This document shows, piece after piece, positions 25,591 through 36,368 of a DNA stretch of 64,000 nucleotides. The position numbers and the translations under genes are program-made. The stretch is taken from NCBI RefSeq assembly GCF_001949145.1, contig NW_019091355.1:4227374-4291373 (forward strand), read 5' to 3'. Source of the stretch: Acanthaster planci. Its lineage: Eukaryota. How positions within the stretch are numbered: the stretch's first letter is position 1; every line of letters starts with the position of its first letter. The notes under the pieces were generated by a model, which saw only the letters and a program-made list of their open reading frames with translations, ran no database searches and had not been told where the DNA came from.

Positions 25591-25950
25591 TGATGTGATC
25601 TGGGAAAACCCATCCAATGTTGGCAAACTTGCAAAATATTCCCCCCCCCCAATTTTTTCGACACAGATTTTTCTTACCATTTCAGTTGTTAATTATTCAA
25701 ATAATTGTTCTTTGATGCAATCTTTCAGTCAGCCAATTTTTGTGAGACTTCAATGAATTTCTTACTCAGAAACCTTGATTTCTCAAAATGAGGTCAGTCA
25801 GTTAGTTTTTATAACTTCCTGAGAACATAAGTCAAGTTGCAGAAAACAGAGAATGATGAATCAAACAGTTTTGAAAACAGCATGGTGTCCTTGTTCAGTT
25901 GATGTAAATGACATATTTCACCATGTGAAGGGTTTTCGCAGATCACATCA
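25591..25950. mobile_element. MITE with ~21-bp TIRs in an intron of paralog B
   Basis: tgatgtgatctgggaaaaccc ... gggttttcgcagatcacatca. Confidence 0.6.
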
Positions 25951-26454
25951 TTCACAAATACATTTGTCTTTTTGCTGTAAAACGACCCCTGGACTTTTTA
26001 GGTGAACTTGGGCTGGTAACTTAACGTTGGTCTTGCAGTACGATACCAATACAATACAATACAATACAATAAAGGAACCCCTGGTACATGTGTAAGCAAG
26101 TGTATTCCATAACTTTTGAAGTAGTACCCTTGTAACAAAACAGCTGGTTTCTAAATCACTTTTGTTACTGTGTTGGTCAGGTAATACAATTCAACCCCTG
26201 TTACCCAGTGTCTCATCCAAGTTTTGCTTTTTCAAGGACAGATCCAGGATTTTTTTGGGGGGGTGGAGTTAAGGCCTGTCAGATTTCCTTGTATGTCCGA
26301 TTGTTGGAAACACCAAGGTAATGCATTGCCGTAATTGCTATATCATTTATTTATTTATTATTTTGGGGGGCAGTGTCGAAGGGGGCACGTTTGAACCCCC
26401 CCCACTTTGGGTCCAAGACTCCTGTTACATCTTGTTCATGTGCTTTGCCGACAG

Positions 26455-26565
26455 ATTGCTCTGATTCTGTGCATATATCGCGGTGCCTCGACAGGCAAGC
26501 AGGGCTTCCTCTACTTCCTGGTTGGTGCCAGTCTTCTCGGCTTCATTGCGGTAGAGGCATTCATT
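26455..26565 (+). CDS. TMEM243: TMEM243-like paralog B, exon 3 (TM2)
   Basis: acag acceptor and gtaagt donor. Encodes IALILCIYRGASTGKQGFLYFLVGASLLGFIAVEAFI. Confidence 0.83.
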
Positions 26566-26723
26566 GTAAGTATATCCAGGGGATAAAAAGTTAAAAGCTG
26601 GGCTTCTTCCTCCGATCTCCTCTGAGACTTCCAGAAAAACTGCAAACTGAAATGATTTTCACCCCCTTACTGCTCGTTATTTATAGCACCCCCGTGTAAT
26701 TTTTTTCCCCCCTCTCCCCACAG

Positions 26724-26837
26724 TTCCGGTTCTTGCAGTCTGGCGACCTTGCCAAGGAGAAATCGTGGTTCCTGTACTTCATGGGATTTTGCACACTATT
26801 GGAGGCTGTCCTTGTTGCCATAATTGTCATGAATTGA
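26724..26837 (+). CDS. TMEM243: TMEM243-like paralog B, terminal exon (TM3)
   Basis: ctccccacag acceptor. Encodes FRFLQSGDLAKEKSWFLYFMGFCTLLEAVLVAIIVMN*. Confidence 0.83.
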   Translation, partial: FRFLQSGDLAKEKSWFLYFMGFCTLLEAVLVAIIVMN

Positions 26838-29551
26838 TCACTGGACTAGAAGAGTTATCAGGTATTGATTGTTACAGGGAACAACTCCTTCCAGAGTAAT
26901 TTGGAAGAGCGTTCAGATCCACCTCGTCATCTTGTCCATGATGTGACTACGATCATACAGCAGAGTGCTATTAATGAGACGTGCAGCACTGTTGTGACTC
27001 CCTTCAGAATTCAGTCATTACTTACGATAGCTCTTTTCCTGACCAGCTTGCAAAACAAATTTAGTTAATATTATCTGAGGCTTGTCTTAATGCAAGACAA
27101 GATTTGGATGAAATTTCCGAAACACCTGTACAGATATCCATTATGTATGTTAACTTAACCTTATCTTGAATAGAGGTCACTATAAAGGAGCTGAGCCAAT
27201 CGGAGGCCAGCATTTAATGTCAAGTTTAATGTTAAGTTAATAATATCTGATCTTGTCTTAATGCAAGACAAGATTTGGATTAACTTCCTGGAAGTTTTGT
27301 GAATATTTCCCTGAAAATATGTCATGTTCTTGATCAGTACGTAATGTCAGATTCAGAAGAATGTATGTTGAATGACAGGAGGAGTTGGAGGGGCCATTTG
27401 TCAATTTCCAGTGAATTTTAATCCTGTCGGTCTTCAGCAACCTACATGTATGTCTCTCTTGTTACAAAGGCCGTGGTGGTTGGTGTGGTAACTGGTAACA
27501 ATGAACTGTAGTTGCATGTAACAGTTTTTATGTGTTCTGGGTAAAAGGGAATTTCTACTTAAATCCGTGCTCTTCTTGGGCTTCTTGATTTTCTCGATGG
27601 TTATAGCTTCACAAAAGATTCTGGAACAGCTGGGTCACCCACTCACCCATTTCAGTCACTGCTGCCATGCCAGATATGCAAGTGTGCAAAAGTGCTGTAA
27701 ACAGCCTGTCTCTTCACAGACATGAAGTGACCCCTTTTAATTGTACAGGTAACAGGTTTGTCTAGCTGTACTCAAGTGAACATGGTAATCAATGCAGTGA
27801 GGAGAAGGTCATGCTTTGTGATCCTTCGGTACAGCTCCTTGTGCGACGTAACCCATTGGCAGCGTGCAGTCTTGGTGGCATTTTTATGCAGTCAGCTGTG
27901 CTTTTGCAGCAAAGCCGTTTTTGAATGAAAGACATTTATTGATAAAAGATGCCCTTTTTTTCAGTACTTCTCCTCCAACACATGCCTTCATTGACAGTCT
28001 GACTTTCCTCTGTACATTGTATATATGCTCGTGTTTAACAGTTACTTTTGGGTTTAATCCCAAAATTGGTAACGATATACAGAAGCAGAAGCATGCACCT
28101 TTATATACTTGCCAAATGGCAGTTTATTGATTTCATGACTGTTTAATTTCTACTAAAAAGAAGCCACATTTTGATGTTTTTTTGATGGCTTATTTTTGAC
28201 GATCTGACAGCCGGGCAGGGGTGGATTCCACTCCCTGCCTCCCAAAACTGTACCGTGCCTGATCTTCTTTAAACTTAGCACGCATGTGAAGACACTCATA
28301 ATAAGTGCCCATGTGAAGTTTCAATTTCATCTAATGTACAGTTTTGGAATGCACGGCCTCAGTGTGTCGGCCTGCGTGAATTGAGTATGCCAATAAGAGT
28401 TACGGGCCAATTTGCCTCAGAGAGTGGGCATTTTGCGAGAACGATACAATCTGATATTCACAAAAATGGTGTCAGAATGACTGCATGATGTCACTGGAAA
28501 AACTGCCGTAGGCTTGGCACCGGAAAAAAAAACAAGCACCATGACAATATTGCAGAAAATGTCGGGGACGGTCTCCGACTCGAGTTCTTTTATAGAGTGA
28601 ATTTTGAATACATTGAGATTCTATAATAATGATAATACTGATCTCAAAATATGGAGGGCCTGACATTTCGATCCCGGCAGAATCTTTCTCAAAGGCAAAA
28701 TGACAAGTGGGCAGGACAAACAAGCAAACAGAGAATCAACCAAGCATGGGTGAATGCAGGAGGACAAAAGGAAAGTTCAAGAAAGCTGCAGGCTGGATAA
28801 AGGGGCAAGGTGTAAATAAAGGGGACTGCATGAAAGGCATGGTTGAACAACAAAGGAATGTAAGGCGGCAGTAATAATAATAATTTTTAAAATGCTTTCC
28901 ATGTCACAGAAATCACAAAGTGTTGTACAATGAAAATCCACAGGTTGTGTAAAAATACAGATAAAAACTGTCGTAAAACAAGCCAAATGACATTAAAAGT
29001 AACTATTAAGTGATTAAAAGGAATGGTTAAAAAACTAAGTCTAGAGACCCCATCTAGGGGACGTTTTAAGAACATCTACAGAAACACCGGTAAGAGTTCC
29101 ACATGCGGACATCACTAATTTTTCCTTGCTGTGGTTTTATTAGCCACTGTGAAGTGATAACGTCCTTACAATTCAAATTTAGAAGGAAAAATATTGGAGC
29201 ATAGAGAGAAGTCTCATGTAGCAAGTGACGTCCGGGTATGGAACTCTTTTAAAACCACCTCATCTCCAATTATATGAGGTAATTGCTCTAATAATTCTAT
29301 TTCATTTCTTCTTGCCTCTGAGAGTTTCAAGTACTTTCACTTTTTTTTCCGGTACATCTCAGTCTGTTGGTTGGTTCTGTTTTGTTCCTTTCTTGTCTTT
29401 CTTGAATAATCTGTTGTTAGTTTTGTTTCTTAAGTTTTTGCGTTAATTAATAAGGCAATTCTGTACAGTACTTTGTCCTTTGAATATGCCTCTGTATTTG
29501 TCCCCTTTTCGTTTTTGTATGTCTTATTGACAAATCCGATCAGGCGTCATA

Positions 29552-29839
29552 ACCAAAGATCGTGTAGCGCCGCGAAGCGGCGCAAGATGGCGAACTTCAC
29601 AGTGAATACACGTATAAACGTTGTAATCACCATGGGCGCCATTTGAGCAAGCGATACGCCTGCGCAATGCATATTAATGCAAAGGCGCAGGCGCCACGGC
29701 AGGCACGTGCACTTGGCGAGCCTGCGCCTAAGCATTACCGTAAACTGCGCAGGCGTATCGCTTGCTCAAATGGCACACATGGTAATTATACTGGGCAGAG
29801 TTATCCATCTTGCGCCTTCGGCGCTATACGATCTTTGGT
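29552..29839. mobile_element. Fully palindromic MITE with 4-bp CATA TSD, inserted into another MITE
   Basis: accaaagatcgtgtagcgccg ... cggcgctatacgatctttggt, with inner arms gccatttgagcaagcgatacgcctgcgca / tgcgcaggcgtatcgcttgctcaaatggc. CATA lies on both sides. Confidence 0.8.
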
Positions 29840-29841
29840 CA

Positions 29842-30018
29842 TAACTGCGGTGGCACCGCACTCACACGCACATTCTTCAGCTTGACGCCTGCGTGCATTT
29901 GGCAAATCCCGACACCCTAATTGGTCAAACAGGTACGTAACGCGCGCGTACCACCTGCCCACGAGCGTTGTGCCACCGCAGTAATGGCTTCTAATTTTGG
30001 TGGTCGAATTACACTATA
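29842..30018 (+). repeat. Host MITE, right part (left part ~29528-29551); uninterrupted copy at 39311-39512
   Basis: Near-identical to 39336-39510 (taactgcggtggc...cattcttcagcttgacgc...ggtggtcgaattacacta). Confidence 0.8.
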
Positions 30019-31347
30019 GAACTACCTTTCTTGAATTTTATCAAACATCTTTCACTTATCCATCATCTGTATGAAATTTCTTAAAATTACATGCTGCAAT
30101 ATGAAAATAAATATTGACAGGAAAAAATGGCAGATTTTTATAAGCGATTCACACTCTGTAAGTTACAGTGTATATCTAAGCTTAAATTGACTATTAGATT
30201 CGGGATAGCAGATGACTCGAGCAGATCGCGAAATTGCAAAACGTACATGTTTTTACTTGGTTACTCGTAAATCACCAATTTATTTCAATTTGGGAAACTG
30301 GCGTGTAAAATGTTTGCGATTTTAAAGCATGTTTTCTTTATTCCGTTGCTCAGAAACCTTGTGTAAGATTCATTGGTCTGTTATTACAAGGAACAGCATG
30401 AAAAATCAAGACAGCATGCTGCATATATAATGCTATTTTTAACATCAATTGTAATTTGGTAATACATGTATAAAAAGTGAAGTCGCTGATACCGATCGTC
30501 AGTCGATTAAAATCAAACTTTCTTCAAATATCACCAAGACTGATTGTAGAATGTTGTCTAGTGAGATGTCACACTCTTTGGCAAGGCAGATTTTCATTGC
30601 TAAGATAATGGAGCTAGAGCCGATCACCCGAGCTTTGTTTGTATATGCCATTTTGAATGGCATTGAGATGGAACACGATCCATCGAGGCCTATTGCAAAG
30701 CGCATAATATGTAAACAACCCGTGACATTTTCCAAGGATGGATTTATCCATCGAATTATGACTTCAAATTATGCTGTAGACCCACTGAAACGGCATGCAC
30801 AAACCTTGATTTATATGTTGATGAGTCACCGTGAAATAATGACATCGATTTCATCGATTTATCTAGAAACATTGGCGCTATCAACGAGCTTAAGTTGTAA
30901 ATCCCTAAATAGGTGTGTATTTTTTTTATAAACTATACAGTACATTAATTCTGTCATATAGGAAGTATGTAAACTTTTCTCACGAGTCAACCGCTAGACT
31001 TTTACTAAAAAAGGCTTTGTGTAAACGAATTATCAATCATGTTTTCAATGACTTGCTTTTTTTTAATAAGATGCTTGAGATGAACGATATGTTTACTATG
31101 CGTGTACTTCAGACTTTGAAACAGTGGTGATTTTGCACGAGTTGTACCCAACAACGCGGTACTACAATCGAAGACAAGTCCCCAAAATAAAATAAAAAAT
31201 CCAATATATTATACGCATTGTCATCTATATCAGGCTGATGATATAATCCAAGCAACATTTATTTCATCATCAAATCTTTGTGATTTGGCATGGAAATTTT
31301 CAACTCAGTTTGTTGCAGAACTGTTTCGGCCACGAGGTTACCCCCCA

Positions 31348-31900
31348 GGGCAGAGTTGTAACGAGTCAATTTTTTTGTGACCGAAGTCGAGTACTTGTAA
31401 TTTAACATTGTGAGACTCGAGTCGACTGGCTCGAGTTATCACAGCTCTGCTGGTCGTGTAAACATGAACGGGTTCCCATAAACTCAGCCGGCTTTCCTCT
31501 AAAAGAAATCGCCCAACCAATGATGAAACGGTTCTGGGTTAGCACTTCACGCTGCGCAATCATAACGTGGGAGTAACGACACATACTTTAGCGTACCAAC
31601 GGTCGGCCGCCACAAAAATCGTATTCGCGACATGTGTGACGTGAACACTATTGTAAAACGGCATGGTAAATCATTTTAAATATTTTTTTCGTAAAAAGTC
31701 TGCTTTTATTTTGGGGACCCGAGTCTTATTACTTTTCACTCGAATCGAGTCTTCTGATGAGGGACTCCACTCGAGTCGAGTCATTTGGCTCACCGTGACT
31801 CGAGGTACCTAAGCCTTCATTTACCAGTTGTGACTCGACTGGAGTCGCAAAACTTTTGACTCGAGTCGAGTCATTGACTCGAGCCATTACAACTCTGCCC
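31348..31900. mobile_element. Non-autonomous DNA transposon with 14-bp TIRs and internal GACTCGAGTC repeats
   Basis: gggcagagttgtaa ... ttacaactctgccc, with numerous subterminal ctcgagtc/gactcga motifs. Confidence 0.65.
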
Positions 31901-31995
31901 AAGCATGCTGTGTCAAAAGAGCCTCAAGACCAGCCCGAATAAATCTAGAACCCATGGGCTGAAGGTAGTTCGCGATCTTTTATAGTTACATTCTC

Positions 31996-32417
31996 AAGTA
32001 AGATTTGAAGCTTTGCATGGTGGGAGTGTTAAACAAAAAGGGTTTCCGTCACAACACCGTTCCCCAAGACATCGGCTTGAAGCTCAGTGACATCTGGCGT
32101 CCCCTATATACTCTCTCCAGCACACCAACCCCCCCCCCCCGGGAAGNNNNNNNNNNNNNNNNNNNNNNNTTTCCACTTCACCGGTCACCACAGGATCCAA
32201 CACCTTCACACTCCAGTACCCAGCAAGCCACACGCATCACCGCCCCTAAGCTGCTTATTTAAGCCAGCTAATCCGGAGTCTAGCCCATTCTCTCCTGAGG
32301 AAGGCCAGAGTACACTGGCCGAAACGTCGAGACCTGCTCTCACCGGTTCTTTTTAGAACCACATCGCTTCACAAAAGAGATATTTCCCACATGGTGTACT
32401 CGCAAACCTTTTTTGTT
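31996..32417 (+). mobile_element. Penelope-like retroelement 3' remnant (GIY-YIG C-terminal tail + pLTR)
   Basis: Frame reads RHNTVPQDIGLKLSDIWRPL, like the PLE C-terminal N..D.G..LS..W.PL motif. A hammerhead motif follows. A 13-bp direct repeat tagttacattctc flanks it (31983-31995, 32418-32430). Confidence 0.6.
32291..32332 (+). ncRNA. Minimal type I hammerhead ribozyme-like motif (Penelope-associated variant)
   Basis: Stem I tctc/gaga; core CTGAGGA(A); stem II GGCCAG/CTGGCC; GAAAC-GTC with palindromic ACGT. Predicted cleavage after C32328. Confidence 0.6.
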
Positions 32418-32719
32418 TAGTTACATTCTCGTTGTATAGATATCCTAGATCTCCTATATGAAAACGAACGCCCACGAACAAAGAGACTTGGAACGACAAT
32501 GCCAGACGTTGAAGGTGTGAATGAAATCCTTTCTGTCATCCATCTCGAAATGACTTTTCAATAATGTTAATTGAAAATAAAGATGAACTTGATCCTATTT
32601 GTTTTACAGTTGAGCACTTGACCTTGTTCAAACTCCTCAGCATGACAACCAGTGACCAAGGTTGGTCGTATTTTAGCTGAATAATTTTTACAAATTTAAA
32701 TGCATAATGACCTGTCCAT

Positions 32720-32899
32720 TTAGCCTGGTGGCCGATCTGTGCCATTCTTGTTATTGTCGCCAGGGTAGGTATCGTTCAAGGTGACCTCTCTACACGGATG
32801 ACGAAGTAACTGTTTGAAGGTCTGCCTGAATCTCCGGTCAGCAACAGCATAACATAACGGGTTCAGCGTACTATTTATGTACCCCAGAAAGACGCTCAC
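32720..32899 (-). CDS. Aminergic GPCR coding exon 2 (TM7, helix 8, C-tail)
   Basis: ttgcag acceptor, phase 0. Encodes VSVFLGYINSTLNPLCYAVADRRFRQTFKQLL (NPxxY motif), joining in frame to ESLYA at 39745. Confidence 0.88.
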   Translation of the reverse strand: MSVFLGYINSTLNPLCYAVADRRFRQTFKQLLRHPCREVTLNDTYPGDNNKNGTDRPPG

Positions 32900-34534
32900 C
32901 TGCAACAAGTCCGAAAACAGCACTTATAATTCATAAATCAAGGTTACCAAAATAGTAAAGACCTAAACGGTAGCCGAGTTGTTTTTCTTCACAACAGAGT
33001 ATACCTGAGGGTTGTACAGACGTTCATGCGATGAGCGAACGACCACGTTCACGACAAACAATGTTTAACGAGCGCAATAGCAAGAATTTCATGAGGTGAC
33101 AGAGTGAATTAAAACCGTTGAATCCGTTACCAAATCCACTGCAAGAATAAGAAACCCCTGCCATTTGTTTCATACAACGACAGAATGTAAATCATATTTA
33201 CGTTTAGATGAATCAGGTCATGCTACAGCAGGCTATCTGTTCCTTAGACAGGTTTTGCCATTTGACAGCACATTTAATGTGTACCAATATCGTTGTATTA
33301 GACACATCAGCGCATCAAAAATTAACTCACCTATCCAAACACTCATTGATTACCACCACATGTAACATGTACCACATAATGAATGATAACATTGTCCTCT
33401 TTACAGGTGAAGGGCTAAATGTGTATTTTGAGTCAAAACCTGACAACATCCAATTTCTGCAAACGCCGCACAGTGGGCCAGCTCAAGGTCAAACTGAACC
33501 AAAAGTGTTTTGCGTAAGAAAGACACTAGACATAATTCCAAACCTCTGTGACGTCATTTAAGTGCTGAATTTTGATTGGCTGAAATATGCGTGCATCTTG
33601 TATTGTGTTTTTGACGAGAATTTAGAAATGACTTCTTTGATTAAGTTTTTAGGTATTTTAATTGTTATACAAATGTATGTCAATGGTTTGTTATCGCATT
33701 TGAAGCAATGTTCATAATATTTTATAACCATTATAATTTGATTTTGATTTTTTATTACCCCCGATCGTCGTTTCCAAAATGAAAACAATCAGAACTGAAC
33801 AAACAATCATATTTTATTCACCACTATGACCAAATCTACAAAATATTTATTTTGTCAAGGTATGAAACCATAAAAAATAAAGAAAATTAATTCTAAGTAA
33901 ACATAAGAATTGACCATTAATCATTCATTTTGCGGCGTAACTCATTTCTGCCTGTTTGTGTTTGTTATTTAGTAGTTCAAATTAACACTTATATTCTAAG
34001 CGCGTCAAAACAAAATATAGTTTTGGGCAATATCGGCTAGAAAACAGAATTAGTCATGTTCACTTTATGTCATCAGTGGGAACGAAGCATGTCTTGCGTT
34101 GTTATTTATGGTACAGGTGATTTATAGGATGAGACAAACTTACCTGCACAGAAGGCTGCTATAGTTTGTAATAACTTACCTTATGACAAACCACTCTCCG
34201 AAGAATCACTTGGGTTGTGGGTTTGAGTAGGTGAGGATTCTCCTTCGATAAGAATGACAGGTTCGGGCTCCTTTGTCATCTCACGGACTTCTGGGGGAAC
34301 AGGTGTCCTGTTTTTCCTGTTGTACACAGACTTGTTGCTGATTACAATGCCACCGGTCACCGTAAGTCTGTGAAAAACGTCACTCATTGTGTGCGTCATT
34401 GACGTTTTTCTTGCGTACCTCAACCGAAAGAGCTTGTTATCTTTGTTCCGAGCTTCTTGGGCTTCTTCGCTCATCATGCCAATCGGTAGAATTGAGGATG
34501 AAATTATTGGTGCTCCGTGGATCAGTACGACTTG

Positions 34535-34813
34535 TTGTTGTTTTGTTTTAATGTCGCTTTCAGCAACTCAGGCTATTTGCGCCAATAACTGTACGTTTAT
34601 TCATACACTTTATTAATCAGCATCACATTACGGAGTTAGGAAGAAGGTCCAGTTTTAGAGGCAGAAGGAAACCGGAGTACCCGGAGAAAACCTGCGAGAG
34701 CGAGTATGGACTGGAAACCAAATGCACTTAAAGCTTGGGCCAAGCCGGGACTCGAACCCGGGCCTCATTGGTGCAAAGTGAGGAAAGAACCACCACGCTA
34801 ACCCGCTCCCCCT
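34535..34813 (-). mobile_element. tRNA-derived SINE with V-domain-like core, inserted in the transposase
   Basis: Minus-strand head has box A TAGCGTGGTGG and box B GGTTCGAGTCC. Core ggaaaccggagtacccggagaaaacc (plus strand). (AAC)n tail. Perfect 13-bp TSD tcagtacgacttg (34522-34534, 34814-34826). Confidence 0.88.
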
Positions 34814-34894
34814 TCAGTACGACTTGCTCACTGACTGGCATTTTGAACCAAGGATGCAGTTCAATGCACAGCTTTGCAGTATCCAAACAATAGG

Positions 34895-36368
34895 TGTCAG
34901 AATAAGGCCACCCTTTCCTTGTTTTATGACCATTGTACTCCAAAGTATAGATAAATGTGTTTTCTTTCCCTTTCAGTTTGTCCAACCCTTTCGTTCTTAT
35001 CCATGAGTTTCTTTACAACAGGCTGAATCTTGCAAGCCGTGGTTGACTGATCGTGATAACAATGTAGCTTCCTGCCACACAACGCCTGGGAGAGCATCTT
35101 CTCCACACCCCAACACGCACACACAATACACATCTGCGCTTTCTCTGCACACCCAGGATAGTCTTTTGTATTTTCACGAGTGTATGTTTAAATGTGAATG
35201 GAAATGATGTTAAGTTTGATTGAGGGGATGGAAATGAGATGCGAAGGGTGGTAAAGGTGATGAGAACTGGCGGCAAAGAAGAACGTCTCCCTGAATTCCA
35301 TCTGTGTAGATATGTTGTCGCTTGGCCCAGCTGCAGCGAAATGATTTTTCTTCTTTAGGGCAATTCAGGCTCTAAAATTGTAAAACAAGCAGTCTGGCTT
35401 GTAGTAGGCAGCAGCTTGCCAAAAAAGTAGAATTTTTAGAGTGGCTACCGAGCAATTTTCTGCTTGATGTTTGTTTTCAACCCAACTTGAGGGAGACGAG
35501 TCAACAACATTGATCAGTAAACCGTAAGTTGAAGAATTGAATTGTTCTTTCTACTTTATTCAAAGGATGTCATTTTCATTAACGGACCTTTGGTATTTCC
35601 TTATTGAGGGTAGAGTTTGGAATTTGAATCGTTCGAGATGTGTTTTGATTGCTGATTTATTATAGTACTTGAACCAGAGACGCTTTAGTGACATGGAACA
35701 CAAGTAATATTTTATGACGTTTGGGGAATAGAGTTAAGATGTTGCATCCATCCCGGTAAATGTCTTGATGCATGATTGCGGTTAAAACAGATATTTTGAG
35801 CGAGAATTACTGTAATAATGTGCTGGAAATTGCAGACAGCCTGCTCCGATGTTGAGATGAAGCGAGAGCCAGACGGATTGTCCTTGACACCGTGAGGGCC
35901 AAGAAAGCTGCGAGCTGTCTAATGACCGTCAGCCACATATGTACCTCAGGAGAAAGTAGGCTGGAGCAGCATTTCGAGTTCATGGGATGTGAGAGGTGCT
36001 CAGAGACATCAGAGACTTCATTCATGGCAGTTTGCATGAACTCTGAACCGTGGATAAGTGTTTGTCTCTGGCATCACTCGTAGAAGTGAACATTTTTGCC
36101 ACGAAATTTGAATTATTGTATGAATAAGAACCAGACGTCCTAGGTGTAGTGACAAATGCAACTGTTGATAGTAATTAATTTCTCCTAACTTTTGGAGTAA
36201 CCTCTGACTTGTGATATGCCATTATTGGCTCTGATTGTTCCTTGAGGTATTGCTGTTGGAAAAGTATTTTTAATTTAATAAAATGTGAGAAGTGTAAATT
36301 GAACCTGTGGACATTAATTCCTCGCGATTGTCATTGAGCACTGTTAGAGAAAGGCACTAGTTCTGACA
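34895..36368. mobile_element. Solo LTR (1474 bp; Gypsy/BEL-type) inserted in the transposase
   Basis: TGTCAGAA...TTCTGACA termini with a 5-bp TSD ATAGG/GTAGG. Removing it restores the transposase reading PEILGP-YCLDTAKLCIELHPW. AATAAA lies ~90 bp before the right end. Confidence 0.8.

Noticed and set aside
30499..31130. Overlapping 78-126 aa ORFs
   Set aside because: No recognisable domain or splice support; AT-rich, and likely intergenic or UTR.
31754..31785. Second hammerhead (CTGATGAG + stem)
   Set aside because: No GAAA core follows the stem; it is part of the GACTCGAGTC repeats.
34740..34813. tRNA gene
   Set aside because: The A/B boxes belong to a SINE head with a body, tail and TSD, and there is no complete cloverleaf.
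35807..36083. Cys/His-containing ORFs inside the Transib as a possible RAG2-like (PHD) partner gene
   Set aside because: They lie within the TSD-bounded solo LTR and show no PHD spacing or kelch repeats. The remaining non-transposase space (~0.7 and ~1.1 kb) shows no RAG2-like ORF.
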